A stretch of 64,000 bases of DNA, from assembly GCA_903864315.1 (NCBI GenBank), contig CAIPFK010000100.1, positions 7,728 through 71,727 of the forward strand, read 5' to 3'. Positions within the stretch are counted from its first letter, which is position 1, and every line of letters starts with the position of its first letter. Made by a program: the position numbers and the translations under genes. Shown here piece after piece: positions 1 through 10,962 of this stretch. Origin of the DNA: an uncultured Burkholderiales bacterium (GTDB taxonomy: Bacteria > Pseudomonadota > Gammaproteobacteria > Burkholderiales > Burkholderiaceae_C). Below the pieces are notes generated by a model. That model made no database searches, was not told the origin of the DNA, and saw only the letters and a list, made by a program, of their open reading frames with translations.

Positions 1-903
1 TGCCAAGTACACCCAAACGCTCACGAACGCTTGGGTTTTGGAGGACGGTGAGCATCTCCGTTTGCAACTTGTCAACAATGGCCTTGGGCGTGGCGGGTGG
101 CGCAAAAATTCCGATCCATGTTGAGAGCACAAATCCTGCCACCCCAGACTCGACAAAGGTGGGCGTGTCAGGCAGGGTTGCCAGTCTTTTGGCGCTGGTC
201 ACGCCGATGGCGTTCAATTTGCCCGACTTGATGTACTGCTGCACCGTGGCCAAGGTGGTGAAGACCATGGGGATTTGTCCACCCAAGGTGTCAATGGTGG
301 CTTGTCCGCCGCCTTTGTAGGCAATGTGCTCCATGTTGACAGTGGTGCGCGCCTTAAAGAGCTCGCCAGCCAAATGCGGTGTAGAGCCCAAACCAGAACT
401 ACCAAACGGGAAGTGCGCGTCTTTTTGTTTGGACAGTTCAATGAGTTGGGCGATGGTCTTCGCTTCAAATGAGGGGTGAGCGGCCAAGACCATGGCCGAG
501 TCACCGATTTTGGTGACTGGCGCTAGATCTTTGAGCACATGGAAAGGGGGCTTGGAGACCATCATGGGGTAGGTGATCAAGGTCCCGTCAAATCCCAGTA
601 GCAAAGTGTATCCATCGGGTGCGGCGGTGGAGACCGCCATCGTTCCAATCACCCCAGAAGCGCCAGGTCGGTTGTCAATCACGATGCTTTGTCCCAAACG
701 CGTGCCCAGTGCTTCGCTGATGGCACGCGCTCCAGAATCGGCAAATCCACCGGGAGAGTAGGGGACAATGATTTTGAGCGGTTTATTGGGGTAATTGCTC
801 GCTTGGGTCTGCGCTTGAGCGCTTGTGAGCGTCATCAATGCAATGAATGCCATCGCCCAAAAGGAGCCCAATGGGTTGAGCTGAGACAGGGCCTTGCATG
901 CAT
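1..903 (-). CDS. Bug/TctC tripartite tricarboxylate transporter substrate-binding protein (3' end beyond window)
   Basis: Manually translated from ATG 903: MHARALSQ...AQAQTQASNYPNKPLKIIVPYSPGG; open to the window edge; absent from ORF track. Confidence 0.9.
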
Positions 904-1195
904 TTGAATGACCGTTCAATGCGCTTGGTATCCCCTGGGGGGCATGGCAGAAGTGTTCTGCGTTCATGGCAAGGCCTTTGAGTGTGGTGGAAAAAAAGAA
1001 ATTTCTTTGCAAGGCCCAAGCAGTCGTGATCCTTGAATTTTTTCATTGTCAGACCCAAGCTTGCAATCGAAAACTGGTGTTTAACCTAGGTTGGAGTGCC
1101 GCCTTTTCGCCGAATGCTTGGGCGAGAGTCCTGTTCGTGCCATGAAAAGCCTAAAATACGACTTTTAATGGACCGTGATTGAAGAGGATAACGCC

Positions 1196-1678
1196 ATGGA
1201 CATGACCATCATTTCTGAGGCGATCCATTTGGCCACAGCGCCGGTGTTTTTACTCACAGGGGTGGCGGGGATACTGAATGCCCTGGGCAACCGCTTGGGT
1301 CGGGTGATTGATCGCGCAAGAAGGATCGAGACTTTGATTGAGGACTTGACCCATCCTGATGCGCATGCACTTCAAAAAATTGAGCGCTTCTACGACGAGC
1401 TTGAAACGCTGGAATACAGAAAACGCATCATCAACATCGCCACTGCGTTTTTGGTCTTGTGTGCTGTCCTCATCGCCTTGACCGTGATTGAGCTCTTTTT
1501 CTCGGTGAGCATTGCTCCGGGTAAATTGCACATCTCCAACTGGGTCGCGTTCACCTTCATCGGCAGTTTCATCTCGTTGGTGACAGCGTGTGTTTTGTAT
1601 TTTGTGGAAATCATGTACGCATCGCACACGATCAGCTTCAAGCGCATCCAAAAATCTGCCGACGTCAAACGCCTTTGA
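1196..1678 (+). CDS. DUF2721-like membrane protein
   Basis: APVFLLTGVAGILNALGNRLGRVIDRAR motif, three hydrophobic segments; GAGGA RBS before ATG 1196. Confidence 0.8.
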   Translation: MDMTIISEAIHLATAPVFLLTGVAGILNALGNRLGRVIDRARRIETLIEDLTHPDAHALQKIERFYDELETLEYRKRIINIATAFLVLCAVLIALTVIELFFSVSIAPGKLHISNWVAFTFIGSFISLVTACVLYFVEIMYASHTISFKRIQKSADVKRL

Positions 1679-1726
1679 CCGGGCGTGATGCGTCTCGCGC
1701 GATTGAACGCTCGCGATTGGCTTTCA

Positions 1727-2785
1727 CTATTGATCTTGCAAAGAGATGTGTGCGTCTTTGATGGTCTTGCTGTAAGAGACAAGGTCTTGTTGAAACTTCA
1801 CAGCAAAGGCCTCCGGCGTGCTGCCAAACGCCTCGTAGCCCCAAAAGGGCAACTTCTCTTTGATTTCATTGGAGTTCATCGCTTTGACAAATTCAACTTG
1901 GAGTGTCTTTAAAAGAGGCACAGGCGTTGCCCCAGGCGCAAAGAGGCCCAGCCATCCCGTGTACTCAAACCCACCTGCACCGCTCTCGACCATGGTGGGG
2001 ATGTCGGGAATGGCTGAGGATCTCTTGCCCGCACTCATCACCAAAATTTTGAGCTTGCCCGCTTTGGTCGCTGCGCTCACGCCCGACAGAGGTGAAAAGA
2101 CGGCGTTGACGTCGCCCGCGAGCAAGGCCTGGTTCATGGGCGCATCCCCTTTGTAGGGAATGTGAGTGAGCTTGACGTTGGCGCTTGACATCAAGAGCTC
2201 CATGATCAGGTGTGGCGCGGCACCTTCACCCGTGGAGCCAAAATTCAACACCCCAGGCTTGGCGCGGGCAAGGCTTAAAAATTCCGCAAATGTATTGACG
2301 CCGATGGAGGGATTCACCGCCAGCACCAGGTAGGTCGTCATCAATTGAGAGACCGCCGCCAGGTCTTTTTGTGCATCAAACGGCATTTTTTTGTACAAAT
2401 TGGGCGCGATGGCCAAACCTTGGGTGGTGAGCAGCACCGTGTAGCCATCGGGCGCAGACTTGGCCACCGCGTCTGCGCCGATATTGGCCCCAGCTCCGGG
2501 TTTGTTGTCAATGATCACCACTTGTTTGAGGTTGTCACCGATTTTTTGTCCCAGGGCACGGGCCACGGCGTCGACTGTCCCTGCGGCAGGAAAAGGCACC
2601 ACGATGTGAATCGGTTTACTCGGCCACGTCTGTGCCGTAGCCTGTAAGCTCCATGCGCTCATCCAAAGAGCCGCCACCATGAGCCCTGCCAAGCGCCAAA
2701 CAGGACGTCTGCAATGTCCAGTGACCTTGGCTTGCCAGGTCAGCGGCAAATTACCCAGTGAATGTTCAAACGTAATCGGGTTCAT
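1727..2785 (-). CDS. Bug/TctC substrate-binding protein
   Basis: WPSKPIHIVVPFPAAG, NKPGAG, PDGYT, HIPYKG; AAGGA RBS; start could be 2791. Confidence 0.92.
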   Translation of the reverse strand: MNPITFEHSLGNLPLTWQAKVTGHCRRPVWRLAGLMVAALWMSAWSLQATAQTWPSKPIHIVVPFPAAGTVDAVARALGQKIGDNLKQVVIIDNKPGAGANIGADAVAKSAPDGYTVLLTTQGLAIAPNLYKKMPFDAQKDLAAVSQLMTTYLVLAVNPSIGVNTFAEFLSLARAKPGVLNFGSTGEGAAPHLIMELLMSSANVKLTHIPYKGDAPMNQALLAGDVNAVFSPLSGVSAATKAGKLKILVMSAGKRSSAIPDIPTMVESGAGGFEYTGWLGLFAPGATPVPLLKTLQVEFVKAMNSNEIKEKLPFWGYEAFGSTPEAFAVKFQQDLVSYSKTIKDAHISLQDQ

Positions 2786-2798
2786 GGTCATGTCCTTT

Positions 2799-4658
2799 TT
2801 AATCGACTGCGCGAGTGCGCAAGTTGTGGGTGGCATGGGTGTCAACCTCGCCAGTGCTTTTCAGGGCCACATGGTAGGTGTCCTTGGCGGCAGCTCGACT
2901 GATGTAGCCTTGTCGCACATCATGCGCCACCCGTTCTGGTTCTCGCTCTTTGGGTGGGCCAAACCCACCCCCGCCGCCAGTGAGCAAGGTGAAAGTGTCG
3001 CCCGCATTGAGGCGCTTCATCAAGACCTTGGCATTGGGAAACTGGTCTTGAACGACGCCAGCGAGCTTGATGGTGACTTGGTTGCCCATGCCACTTTGCC
3101 CACCCTCGAGTCCCCAAGGCTGACAATGCATGCGATCGACTTGGGCGTTGAAGTTCAGGCTGGAGCGCGCCATGACGACTTGCTCGGTGCCCAAACCGCC
3201 CCTGAAGCGTCCAGCGCCCCCCGAGTCTTGGCGCAGACTGTGTTTCAAAAAGAGCAGGGGGAATTTGGCTTCCGTTTGCTCAATGGGGTTGTTGTGCGTG
3301 TCCCCGTCGTTCATGCAAACCGTCGCAGACATGCCGTCTTCACTGCGTTTTGCACCCCAACCCCCACCCGATGGGCCAACACTGCCCATGAAAAAGCGTC
3401 CATCTTTGGGTGAAATGCCGTTGACCATGCCCAGGCCCAGATCGGCATGGTGACCCGCAATGACTTGGTCGGGCATGGCTTGGTGCATCGCCTTGAAGAC
3501 GGTGTCGATCACCGTCATGGGATACGTCATCCACCAGCGCATGGCCGCAGGTTTTACCGCACTCACCACCGTGCCTTCGGGTACGATGGTTTTTAAGCTG
3601 CGAAAACTTCCCTCATTGATGGGGTAATCCAAGGCGGACGTGAGGCATTTGTAGGCGACTTGGGCGCAGGAGATGCCAGTGCTCGGGCCGGAATTGTAAA
3701 AGCCTCTGACTTGGGGGCTCACACCACTCAAGTCAATCGTCATGTGTTCCCCCTTTTTGATCACCCGCACCTTGATGGGAATGCGCTTGCCGATGTCGAT
3801 GCCGTCGTCGTCCATGAAGGATTCCGCTTCATAGACGCCGTCGGGGATGGACCTGGTTTGTGCTCGCGCTTTGGCCTCGGAGTTGTCCATGATGCGTTCA
3901 ATGGAGGTCAAGACGTTTTGTCGGCCATATCGCTTGAGGAGTTCAAGAAAACGTCTCTCACCTGTCGTCACAGCAATGATTTGAGCCCTGAGGTCGCCCA
4001 TGGCCCGCTCAGGAATGCGCACATTGTTGAAGATGATGTCCACCAAATCTTGATTGACCACCCCCGCCGTTTGGTATTTCAAGATAGGGATTTGCAAGCC
4101 TTCTGAGAAGATGTCGGTGGTCACACCTCCGAGCACACCACCCACATCGGGCCAGTGGGCCATGCAGCACGACCAGCCGCACAGCACCCCTTCAAAAAAG
4201 ATCGGGATGCTGAAGGTGAAGTGGTGCAAATGTGATCCCGTGATGTAGGCGTCGTTGGTGACCAAGATGTCGCCAGGACCCACGTTGCTACCAAAATGCT
4301 CGATTTTGGCTTTGATGGTGTTGGACATGCCGCGAATAAAGCTGGGGAGTCCCAGGCCAATGGAGACCGTCTCGCCCGTGGCGGTGTAGAGCCCCACGGT
4401 GAAGTCAAGGGCTTCGTAGATGATCATGTTGTAGGCCGTGCGCATGAGATTGATCTTCATCTCCTCGGTCACCGCCAACACACCATTGCGAACTATCTCG
4501 GTGAGCACGGCGTCGCCTTGGCGCGTTTTACTCAATCGTTTTGACTGAGTTGACTTGCTGGATTTGGCCAAGGAAGGGGACTTGATCGACTGGCTTGAAT
4601 GGGCCATCTTCTGGGCTTTGACGGGTTTTTTGACTTTGGAGTTGACAACGCTTTTCAT
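2799..4658 (-). CDS. Hydantoinase B/oxoprolinase family subunit
   Basis: NDAYITGSHLHH, AHWPDVGG, FSEGLQIP, DSGGAGRFRGG, GGGGFG; ATGA overlap with subunit A; Lys/Ser-rich N-terminal extension. Confidence 0.92.
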   Translation of the reverse strand: MKSVVNSKVKKPVKAQKMAHSSQSIKSPSLAKSSKSTQSKRLSKTRQGDAVLTEIVRNGVLAVTEEMKINLMRTAYNMIIYEALDFTVGLYTATGETVSIGLGLPSFIRGMSNTIKAKIEHFGSNVGPGDILVTNDAYITGSHLHHFTFSIPIFFEGVLCGWSCCMAHWPDVGGVLGGVTTDIFSEGLQIPILKYQTAGVVNQDLVDIIFNNVRIPERAMGDLRAQIIAVTTGERRFLELLKRYGRQNVLTSIERIMDNSEAKARAQTRSIPDGVYEAESFMDDDGIDIGKRIPIKVRVIKKGEHMTIDLSGVSPQVRGFYNSGPSTGISCAQVAYKCLTSALDYPINEGSFRSLKTIVPEGTVVSAVKPAAMRWWMTYPMTVIDTVFKAMHQAMPDQVIAGHHADLGLGMVNGISPKDGRFFMGSVGPSGGGWGAKRSEDGMSATVCMNDGDTHNNPIEQTEAKFPLLFLKHSLRQDSGGAGRFRGGLGTEQVVMARSSLNFNAQVDRMHCQPWGLEGGQSGMGNQVTIKLAGVVQDQFPNAKVLMKRLNAGDTFTLLTGGGGGFGPPKEREPERVAHDVRQGYISRAAAKDTYHVALKSTGEVDTHATHNLRTRAVD

Positions 4659-6760
4659 GAAAAATTCCTCTCAATGTCGATCACCAAATTGCCGTACACA
4701 TCCACTCGCAGTCGGTCGCCTGGCAAGACGACGGTGATGGAGGCGTATTCTTCAACCAGTGCGGGGCCCACCAAGCGGTTGCCCGCCTTCAAGGCATCGC
4801 GTTGGTAGGTCGGTGTCATGACCGATTTGTTGAGCTCGGCGAAATACACAGAGCGCGATCCCGTTTGCGCAGATTTCAAAGCTTGAGCAGAGCCCTTGGC
4901 GATGGTTTCAAGCGGGGGTTTTTTCATGATCCCGCTCACTGTGGCTCTGAGACTCACGATCTCAGCGGCCTCCTTGGGGGCACACGTGCCGTAGCGGCGC
5001 AAGTGAACTGCGTCAAAGAGCGCCTTGATGGCCTGTCGGTCGCCCTTTTTCATGACGCTCTCAGTGAGGTCCACCGTGACGGGATGCTCTTGTCCCACAT
5101 AGCGCATGTCGGCCGCGTAGGCCACGGTGACTTTGGCCGACTTGATGCGACTGTTGTCCAAAGCGCGCTTGCCTTGACTCACCAAGTCTTTGTAGACTGC
5201 CTTGAGTTCTGCAAAGGAGACATCGGCAAGTTTGTTGAACCAAGTTCTCACAAAGTCGTATCTCAGATCGGAGTGCAGCATGCCGAAAGCACAAAAATGT
5301 CCAGGGCCTTTGGGAATGATGACCTGGGCCATGCCGATTTCTCTGGCAATGGCACATGCGTGCAAAGGACCGGCACCGCCATACGCAATCAGAGGAAAAG
5401 ATGCTGCATCTAGACCCCGCTCGGTGGAGACGCCTTTGACCGCGTAGGACATGGTGGTGGTGGCGATGCGCAAAATGCCGTTGGCGGCCTCCTTGGCGCT
5501 GATCCCCAGGGGGTTGCCCACGTGTTTGAGAATGGCCGCTTCTGCGGCCTTCTTGTCCAAGCGCATCTCGCCGCCCAAAAATCGATCGGCTGCAATGCGG
5601 CCCAAGACCAAATTGGCATCGGTCACGGTGGGGAGGTCTCCCCCCAAGCCATAGCAGGCGGGCCCGGGCTGAGCGCCTGCACTTTGAGGCCCCACTTGGA
5701 GTGCCCCTGAGGGGTCCACCTTGGCGATGCTTCCTCCCCCCGTGCCGACTTCAAAGACATCGACCATGGGGATTTGAACGGGCAAGGCTTGGTTGTAGCC
5801 ACCGACCAACGCGGCACTCGTGGTGAGCACCTCGCCTTGGTAGATGACGCCTGCTTTGGCGGTGGTGCCACCCATGTCAAAAGCCACCGCGTTGTCCAGC
5901 CCAAGCTCACGGCACAGTGCTTGCGCACCCACCACCCCAGCAGCCGGTCCGGACTCGAGCATGCGGATGCATTCTTGTTGGGCCTGGGCCGACTCATAAA
6001 GACCCCCAGTCGACTGCACAATTAAGAAAGAACCTTTGAAGCCATCGTCACGGATGTGCTCGGTGATTTCGGCCACATAGTCGCTCACCTTGGGTCCAAT
6101 GTAGGCGTTGGCCACCACGGTGGAGCAGCGTTCAAATTCACGGTACTCCTGCGAGAGTTCATGCGAGGCGCTCACGAAACAGTGGGGCATCCTTTCGCGC
6201 ACGATCGCCTTCACGCGCTCTTCGTGGCTTGGGTTTCGATAGCAGTGCAAAAGCAAGATGGCAACCGCTTGAACCTTCTCTTCAATCATTTGGTCGCACA
6301 AAGCATGAACGGCAGCTTCGTCCAAGGGCAGATGAACATCTCCATCGGCCGTGATTCGCTCGGGCACTTCAAAGCGCAGTGCGCGCTCAATCAAGGGCAC
6401 GTGTTTGTGAAAAAATAAGTTGTAGGCATCGGGTCGGTTGATGCGCCCGATTTCGTAAATGTCTTTGAAGCCTTGGGTGATCAAGAGCGCTGTGCGTGCG
6501 CCAGTTCGCTCGAGCATGGTGTTGATGGCGACTGTGGAGCCGTGGAGAAACAAGGAGGAGCTGGCAAAGTCGGTGCCCGCTTTGCTCACGCCTTGAGAGA
6601 TGCCATTCACGAGTTTTTGTGGCGTGGAGAGAGTTTTGCCCAAAAGCAGGCGAGAGGTTTTTTCATCAAAAGCGGCCACATCGGTGAAGGTGCCACCAAT
6701 GTCTGCAGCGATTCGTGTGGGCAATGCGTGTTTCACAAAAAAGGTGTCCTGGTGGGTCAA
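4655..6760 (-). CDS. Hydantoinase A/oxoprolinase family subunit (ATP-binding)
   Basis: DIGGTFTD, EYREFER, SGPAAG, DMGGTT, GGGSIA, PGPACYG, TVTDAN. Confidence 0.93.
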   Translation of the reverse strand: MTHQDTFFVKHALPTRIAADIGGTFTDVAAFDEKTSRLLLGKTLSTPQKLVNGISQGVSKAGTDFASSSLFLHGSTVAINTMLERTGARTALLITQGFKDIYEIGRINRPDAYNLFFHKHVPLIERALRFEVPERITADGDVHLPLDEAAVHALCDQMIEEKVQAVAILLLHCYRNPSHEERVKAIVRERMPHCFVSASHELSQEYREFERCSTVVANAYIGPKVSDYVAEITEHIRDDGFKGSFLIVQSTGGLYESAQAQQECIRMLESGPAAGVVGAQALCRELGLDNAVAFDMGGTTAKAGVIYQGEVLTTSAALVGGYNQALPVQIPMVDVFEVGTGGGSIAKVDPSGALQVGPQSAGAQPGPACYGLGGDLPTVTDANLVLGRIAADRFLGGEMRLDKKAAEAAILKHVGNPLGISAKEAANGILRIATTTMSYAVKGVSTERGLDAASFPLIAYGGAGPLHACAIAREIGMAQVIIPKGPGHFCAFGMLHSDLRYDFVRTWFNKLADVSFAELKAVYKDLVSQGKRALDNSRIKSAKVTVAYAADMRYVGQEHPVTVDLTESVMKKGDRQAIKALFDAVHLRRYGTCAPKEAAEIVSLRATVSGIMKKPPLETIAKGSAQALKSAQTGSRSVYFAELNKSVMTPTYQRDALKAGNRLVGPALVEEYASITVVLPGDRLRVDVYGNLVIDIERNFS

Positions 6761-6939
6761 ATGTAAGAAGAAGCAAAAATAAAAGAGATCTGCAATGAAA
6801 AGCGCAGAGAAAAGTGATCAGCAAAAAAATGCTAAACCATTATCTTTCCCGAGGCACCCTTAAACTAGGGGAATTGTGCTATTGAAATTTTTCTGAATTT
6901 GTAATAGCGTTGCACAGTGCTTGTGCCTACAGGCGCAGG

Positions 6940-7311
6940 CTAGGCCGCATGAGCTTGCTGCAGCGACTCGAGCGTTTGGCTCAAGTCTTTCAAGAGGCCG
7001 ATGGCCAAGGTTCGCGAGGGCGTTTGTGTGGCCATGGCTTTGAGAAAAGAAGCCACACTGGCACTTTGTCCCTGTTGGTAGTCGGTGTGCAGGGCAAGCC
7101 ATTGTGTAAATTCGCTGTCTTGTTGGTATTTGTCATGCAAGTAGTCCATGACATTGAGCTCCAAATCACTGACCGCTAGTCCCGGCATCTCACCACTGCA
7201 CTGGCACCCCAAGCCCATGCCGAGATGGATTTGAGAGATTCGACCCCAAAGGCCCAAGAGTTGTACGCTCCAGAGGGTTGGGTTGATTTTTTTGGGGATG
7301 GCTGAGTTCAT
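6940..7311 (-). CDS. Hypothetical protein with GxGCxC motif
   Basis: Clean ~123-aa ORF filling the gap between operons; no family recognised. Confidence 0.55.
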   Translation of the reverse strand: MNSAIPKKINPTLWSVQLLGLWGRISQIHLGMGLGCQCSGEMPGLAVSDLELNVMDYLHDKYQQDSEFTQWLALHTDYQQGQSASVASFLKAMATQTPSRTLAIGLLKDLSQTLESLQQAHAA

Positions 7312-7407
7312 GACAGGAATACTGTACCTGATCTTGACGCAGTGCTTGCCAAGTTCTTGACCCCAACTGCACAAGGCGCGAGATCTTCAAGCTCAGGCAA
7401 TCCCTCA

Positions 7408-7457
7408 TTGTCAAGCAATAAAAGAAATTTATACTGACGTCATTCTATAAAAGTATA
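7408..7457 (+). promoter_or_regulatory. Putative sigma70 promoter with overlapping inverted repeat
   Basis: TTGTCA(7408)-16 bp-TATACT(7430); TATACT...AGTATA inverted repeat enclosing TGACGTCA just before ATG 7461. Confidence 0.4.
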
Positions 7458-7460
7458 TTC

Positions 7461-9212
7461 ATGACAGTCGAACATCGTGCAAAAAGTGTCAATTGTGAAC
7501 AAAGTGCCAAAGGCTTTCAGAGCACGCGAAGCGCTGAAGTTTTGGTGGTGGGTGCGGGACCCGTGGGCTTGGCCTTGGCTGGGGATTTGGCTTGGCGCGG
7601 TCATTCAGTGATTTTGCTGGAAAAGAGTGACGGCTCAATTTTTCAGCCCAAAATGGACTTGGTGGGCATTCGAACCATGGAGTTTTGCCGCAAATGGGGC
7701 ATTGTGGACGACGTCGAAGCGACGGCTTACGATCGCGATTATCCCCAAGACAACGTCTACCTCACCACCTTGAAGGGCCATGAGCTGGGCCGCCAACCCA
7801 TGCCCAGCATGAATGCGGAGCTCCCGCCCCCTGAGAGTCCACAAAAAAGAGAGCGTTGTCCGCAAAACTTTTTCGACCCTGTCCTGCAAAAATTCGCCAG
7901 CGCGCAAGCCGGGCTCGTGACTTGTCATCAAACCGAATTGATCGAGTTCGTGCAAAGCGCCGACGCGGTGAGCTCTACCGTCAAAGATTTGAAAACAGGT
8001 GAGATGCGCACCGTGGTGACACCATACTTGGTGGCTTGCGATGGTGGCAAGAGTGCGGTGCGCGAGTCTTTGGGGATAGAGATGAAGGGCCGCGGGCTGC
8101 TCACCTATACGACCAATGTGATTTTCAAGTGCGCCCATTTCAACGCATTGCATGACAAAGCCCCTGGCTACCGTTACATGTTTGTGGGGCCCACTGGGAC
8201 TTGGGCCACCATCGTGGCGATCAATGGCCGGGACCACTGGCGCATGTCCATCATCGGCAATGCACTTGAGAAGACCAACTACACCCACGACGAGCTCAAA
8301 GCGTTGGCCCACCGCGCCATGGGCGCCCCCTTTGAGATGGAGATCTTGAGCGTGCTGCCTTGGCAGCGCGCTGAGTTGGTGGCCGAGTCGTATGGCCAAG
8401 GTCGGGTGTTTTTATGCGGCGACGCTTGTCACTTGACCTCGCCCACCGGGGGACTGGGCATGAACACGGGCATCGGCGATGCGATCGACTTGTCATGGAA
8501 GCTTGGCGCAGTGTTGAGTGGCTATGCGGGCCCAGCACTTCTCAACTCCTACTTTGTTGAGAGGCAGCCGATTGCCAAACGCATCACTCAGTTTTCCACT
8601 GGCAACTTGGAAACCCTCAAAAAAGTACCCAGCTCTGCCAAGATCGAGGAGGAGGGGCCCGAAGGCGATCGAGTCCGCCTGGCCGTGGGCGAAGCGTTGT
8701 GTGAGGGACTCAAGCGTGAGTGGTTTTCACTCAACATGCACTTGGGCAACCGTTACACCAACTCCCCCATCAATGTCTATGATGAAGTCGAAAGTGCTGA
8801 GGACCAAGACATCGAATTCAACGACGCTGTCCACTACCGACCGTCCTCTCGCGTGGGTGCACGCGCGCCGCATGTTTGGTTGAGCGACAACACCTCCACG
8901 CTGGATTGGTTGGGTCGCGATTTTGTGCTTTTTTGTTTTGCAAGTGCAACACCTCGCATCGACCGCGTGGTGCGTGCAGCAAAGCAAAGGGAGATCCCGC
9001 TGCAAGTGCGTGAAATCCACCACGCGGGGGCCAAAGCACTTTATGAAAAAGCCTTTGTGCTCATCCGACCCGATGGTCATGTGGCTTGGCGAGGAGACGA
9101 TGGCCCCCCCAGTGAGCAAGCCGTGCAGGACCTGTGGCTCACGGTTTGTGCTCTGACAGATGAGAACGAGTCTGCGTCAAATCGATCGTCCCTTACAGGT
9201 GAGCCTTCATGA
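7461..9212 (+). CDS. FAD-dependent aromatic monooxygenase (PheA/TfdB-like)
   Basis: VVGAGPVG, ACDGGKS, GRVFLCGDACH...GGLGMNTG, C-terminal LIRPDGHVAWR. Confidence 0.9.
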   Translation: MTVEHRAKSVNCEQSAKGFQSTRSAEVLVVGAGPVGLALAGDLAWRGHSVILLEKSDGSIFQPKMDLVGIRTMEFCRKWGIVDDVEATAYDRDYPQDNVYLTTLKGHELGRQPMPSMNAELPPPESPQKRERCPQNFFDPVLQKFASAQAGLVTCHQTELIEFVQSADAVSSTVKDLKTGEMRTVVTPYLVACDGGKSAVRESLGIEMKGRGLLTYTTNVIFKCAHFNALHDKAPGYRYMFVGPTGTWATIVAINGRDHWRMSIIGNALEKTNYTHDELKALAHRAMGAPFEMEILSVLPWQRAELVAESYGQGRVFLCGDACHLTSPTGGLGMNTGIGDAIDLSWKLGAVLSGYAGPALLNSYFVERQPIAKRITQFSTGNLETLKKVPSSAKIEEEGPEGDRVRLAVGEALCEGLKREWFSLNMHLGNRYTNSPINVYDEVESAEDQDIEFNDAVHYRPSSRVGARAPHVWLSDNTSTLDWLGRDFVLFCFASATPRIDRVVRAAKQREIPLQVREIHHAGAKALYEKAFVLIRPDGHVAWRGDDGPPSEQAVQDLWLTVCALTDENESASNRSSLTGEPS

Positions 9213-10207
9213 AAAAAATTCAAGCTTGGTGTTCCACTCCACTGTGGTTGGCATTGTTGTTGTGCGTTCATTTTTGCGCTCCCTTGGGGTGGGCGCAGGG
9301 CTTGAATTACCCCAACAAGGTCGCCAAAATCATTGCGCCTTATGCACCCGGTGGAGCGGTGGACACCTTGGCACGGGAAATCGCCAACGCGTACAGCACC
9401 CTGCTGGGCAAAACCTTTGTCGTGGAAAACCACCCCGGTGCCGGTGGCAACATTGGACTGGGGCTCTTGGCCAAGTCTCCTGCCGATGGGTACACCTTGG
9501 CGATCGGTGCAGCCAATATGCTCGTGACCAATCGATTTTTGTACAAATCCTTGCCCTTTGACTTGAGCAAAGACTTTGTGCCGGTGGCCTTTATCGGGCG
9601 TGTCCCCTTCATCTTGGTCATCAGTGCCAATGTGCCTGCCGATAGCGTCAAAACATTGCTCACTCTCATGAAGACCAAGGGTGGCAACTATAACTATGGC
9701 TCCTCGGGCATGGGCAACACCGCGCACTTGTTTGGTGAACTCTTCCAATTGAAGACCGGTGTGGTGATGCAGCACATTCCCTACAAGTCAAGTGCAGAGG
9801 CACTGCAAGAGGTGGTGGCCGGGCGTGTGCAAATTCAGTTTGGCACACCCGTTGAGCTCTTGCCCCAGATCAGCCGCTCCTCTGTCAAGGCGCTGGCAGT
9901 GGCGGGCAGCCAACGCTTGGCAAGCCTTCCAAGTGTCCCCACGCTCTTGGAGCTCGGTCTCACGGGCTTTGAGTCTCCCACATGGTTTGGCGTGATTGCC
10001 CCAAGCGGCACGCCCGATGCCGTGATCACTTTGCTCAATGAGGCCACGCAAAAGGCCTTGAACAACGCCAGCGTCAAGGCCAGACTTGACCAAGCCGGAG
10101 TTCAAAGTCAGGCCATGAGCCCAGACGAATTCACTCGTTTCATCAACTCAGAAGTCACCAAATGGGAGCCCATTGTGCGTGACTCTGGGGCCCACCTCAA
10201 CCCTTAG
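9209..10207 (+). CDS. Bug/TctC substrate-binding protein
   Basis: YPNKVAKIIAPYAPGG, PGAGG, ADGYT, HIPYK. Confidence 0.92.
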   Translation: MKKIQAWCSTPLWLALLLCVHFCAPLGWAQGLNYPNKVAKIIAPYAPGGAVDTLAREIANAYSTLLGKTFVVENHPGAGGNIGLGLLAKSPADGYTLAIGAANMLVTNRFLYKSLPFDLSKDFVPVAFIGRVPFILVISANVPADSVKTLLTLMKTKGGNYNYGSSGMGNTAHLFGELFQLKTGVVMQHIPYKSSAEALQEVVAGRVQIQFGTPVELLPQISRSSVKALAVAGSQRLASLPSVPTLLELGLTGFESPTWFGVIAPSGTPDAVITLLNEATQKALNNASVKARLDQAGVQSQAMSPDEFTRFINSEVTKWEPIVRDSGAHLNP

Positions 10208-10214
10208 GACCACC

Positions 10215-10958
10215 ATGACGACCCCCAATGACAAACTCGAGCGCTCCATTCATTTGCTGGTTGCGGCCAACCGCATTCTCGCCAACGAGGGCGTGGTCGA
10301 TGCCTATGGGCATGTGAGCATTCGCCACCCCCACCACCATGATCAGTTCCTCTTGTCGCGTTCGTTGAGCCCTGAATTGGTCACGGCGCAAGACATTTTT
10401 GCTTACCATTTGGATGGTCGGGCGGTCATGGAGAACTCGCCGAACCCTTATTTGGAGCGTTTTATTCATGGCGGGGTGTATAAAAACCGGCCCGACATCC
10501 AAGCGGTGGTCCACAGCCACGCCGATTCGGTCTTGCCCTTCACCATCTCGCAAACGCCGCTCAAACCTGTGATCCACACGGCCAGTGACATGGGAGTAGA
10601 GGTGCCTGTTTGGGACATCCAGGATCATTTTGGGGACACCAATTTGCTGGTGACCAATGAAGACCAAGGCGATGATTTGGCGCAAGGCTTGGGCGAGCAC
10701 AAGGTGGTGTTGATGCGCGGTCACGGCTTTACTGCCGCGGGTAGAAGTCTCATGGAAGTGGTGAAAGTGTCAGTGTATTTGCCAAAAAATGCCAAAATCT
10801 TGATGGACGCACTGCGCTTGGGGCCCGTCAAAGCGTTGACTGCTGGCGAGGTCGAGATCCGCTCCAAGGTGGACCCGAAGTCACCGCAAATGTGGAGAGC
10901 CTGGGAGTTTTGGTGTTCCAAGGCTGGCATCGCACCCGGTTCGAGCCAAGACCTTTGA
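10215..10958 (+). CDS. Class II aldolase/adducin family protein (possible decarboxylase)
   Basis: DAYGHVSIRHP, ERFIH, VVHSH, LMRGHG metal-binding His; AGGA RBS. Confidence 0.88.
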   Translation: MTTPNDKLERSIHLLVAANRILANEGVVDAYGHVSIRHPHHHDQFLLSRSLSPELVTAQDIFAYHLDGRAVMENSPNPYLERFIHGGVYKNRPDIQAVVHSHADSVLPFTISQTPLKPVIHTASDMGVEVPVWDIQDHFGDTNLLVTNEDQGDDLAQGLGEHKVVLMRGHGFTAAGRSLMEVVKVSVYLPKNAKILMDALRLGPVKALTAGEVEIRSKVDPKSPQMWRAWEFWCSKAGIAPGSSQDL

Positions 10959-10962
10959 ATCA

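Noticed and set aside
2679-3413. 244-aa + strand ORF and many other antisense/alternate-frame ORFs (e.g. 7635-8399, 9077-9775, 16511-17161)
   Set aside because: Shadow ORFs overlapping well-supported genes, with no family motifs
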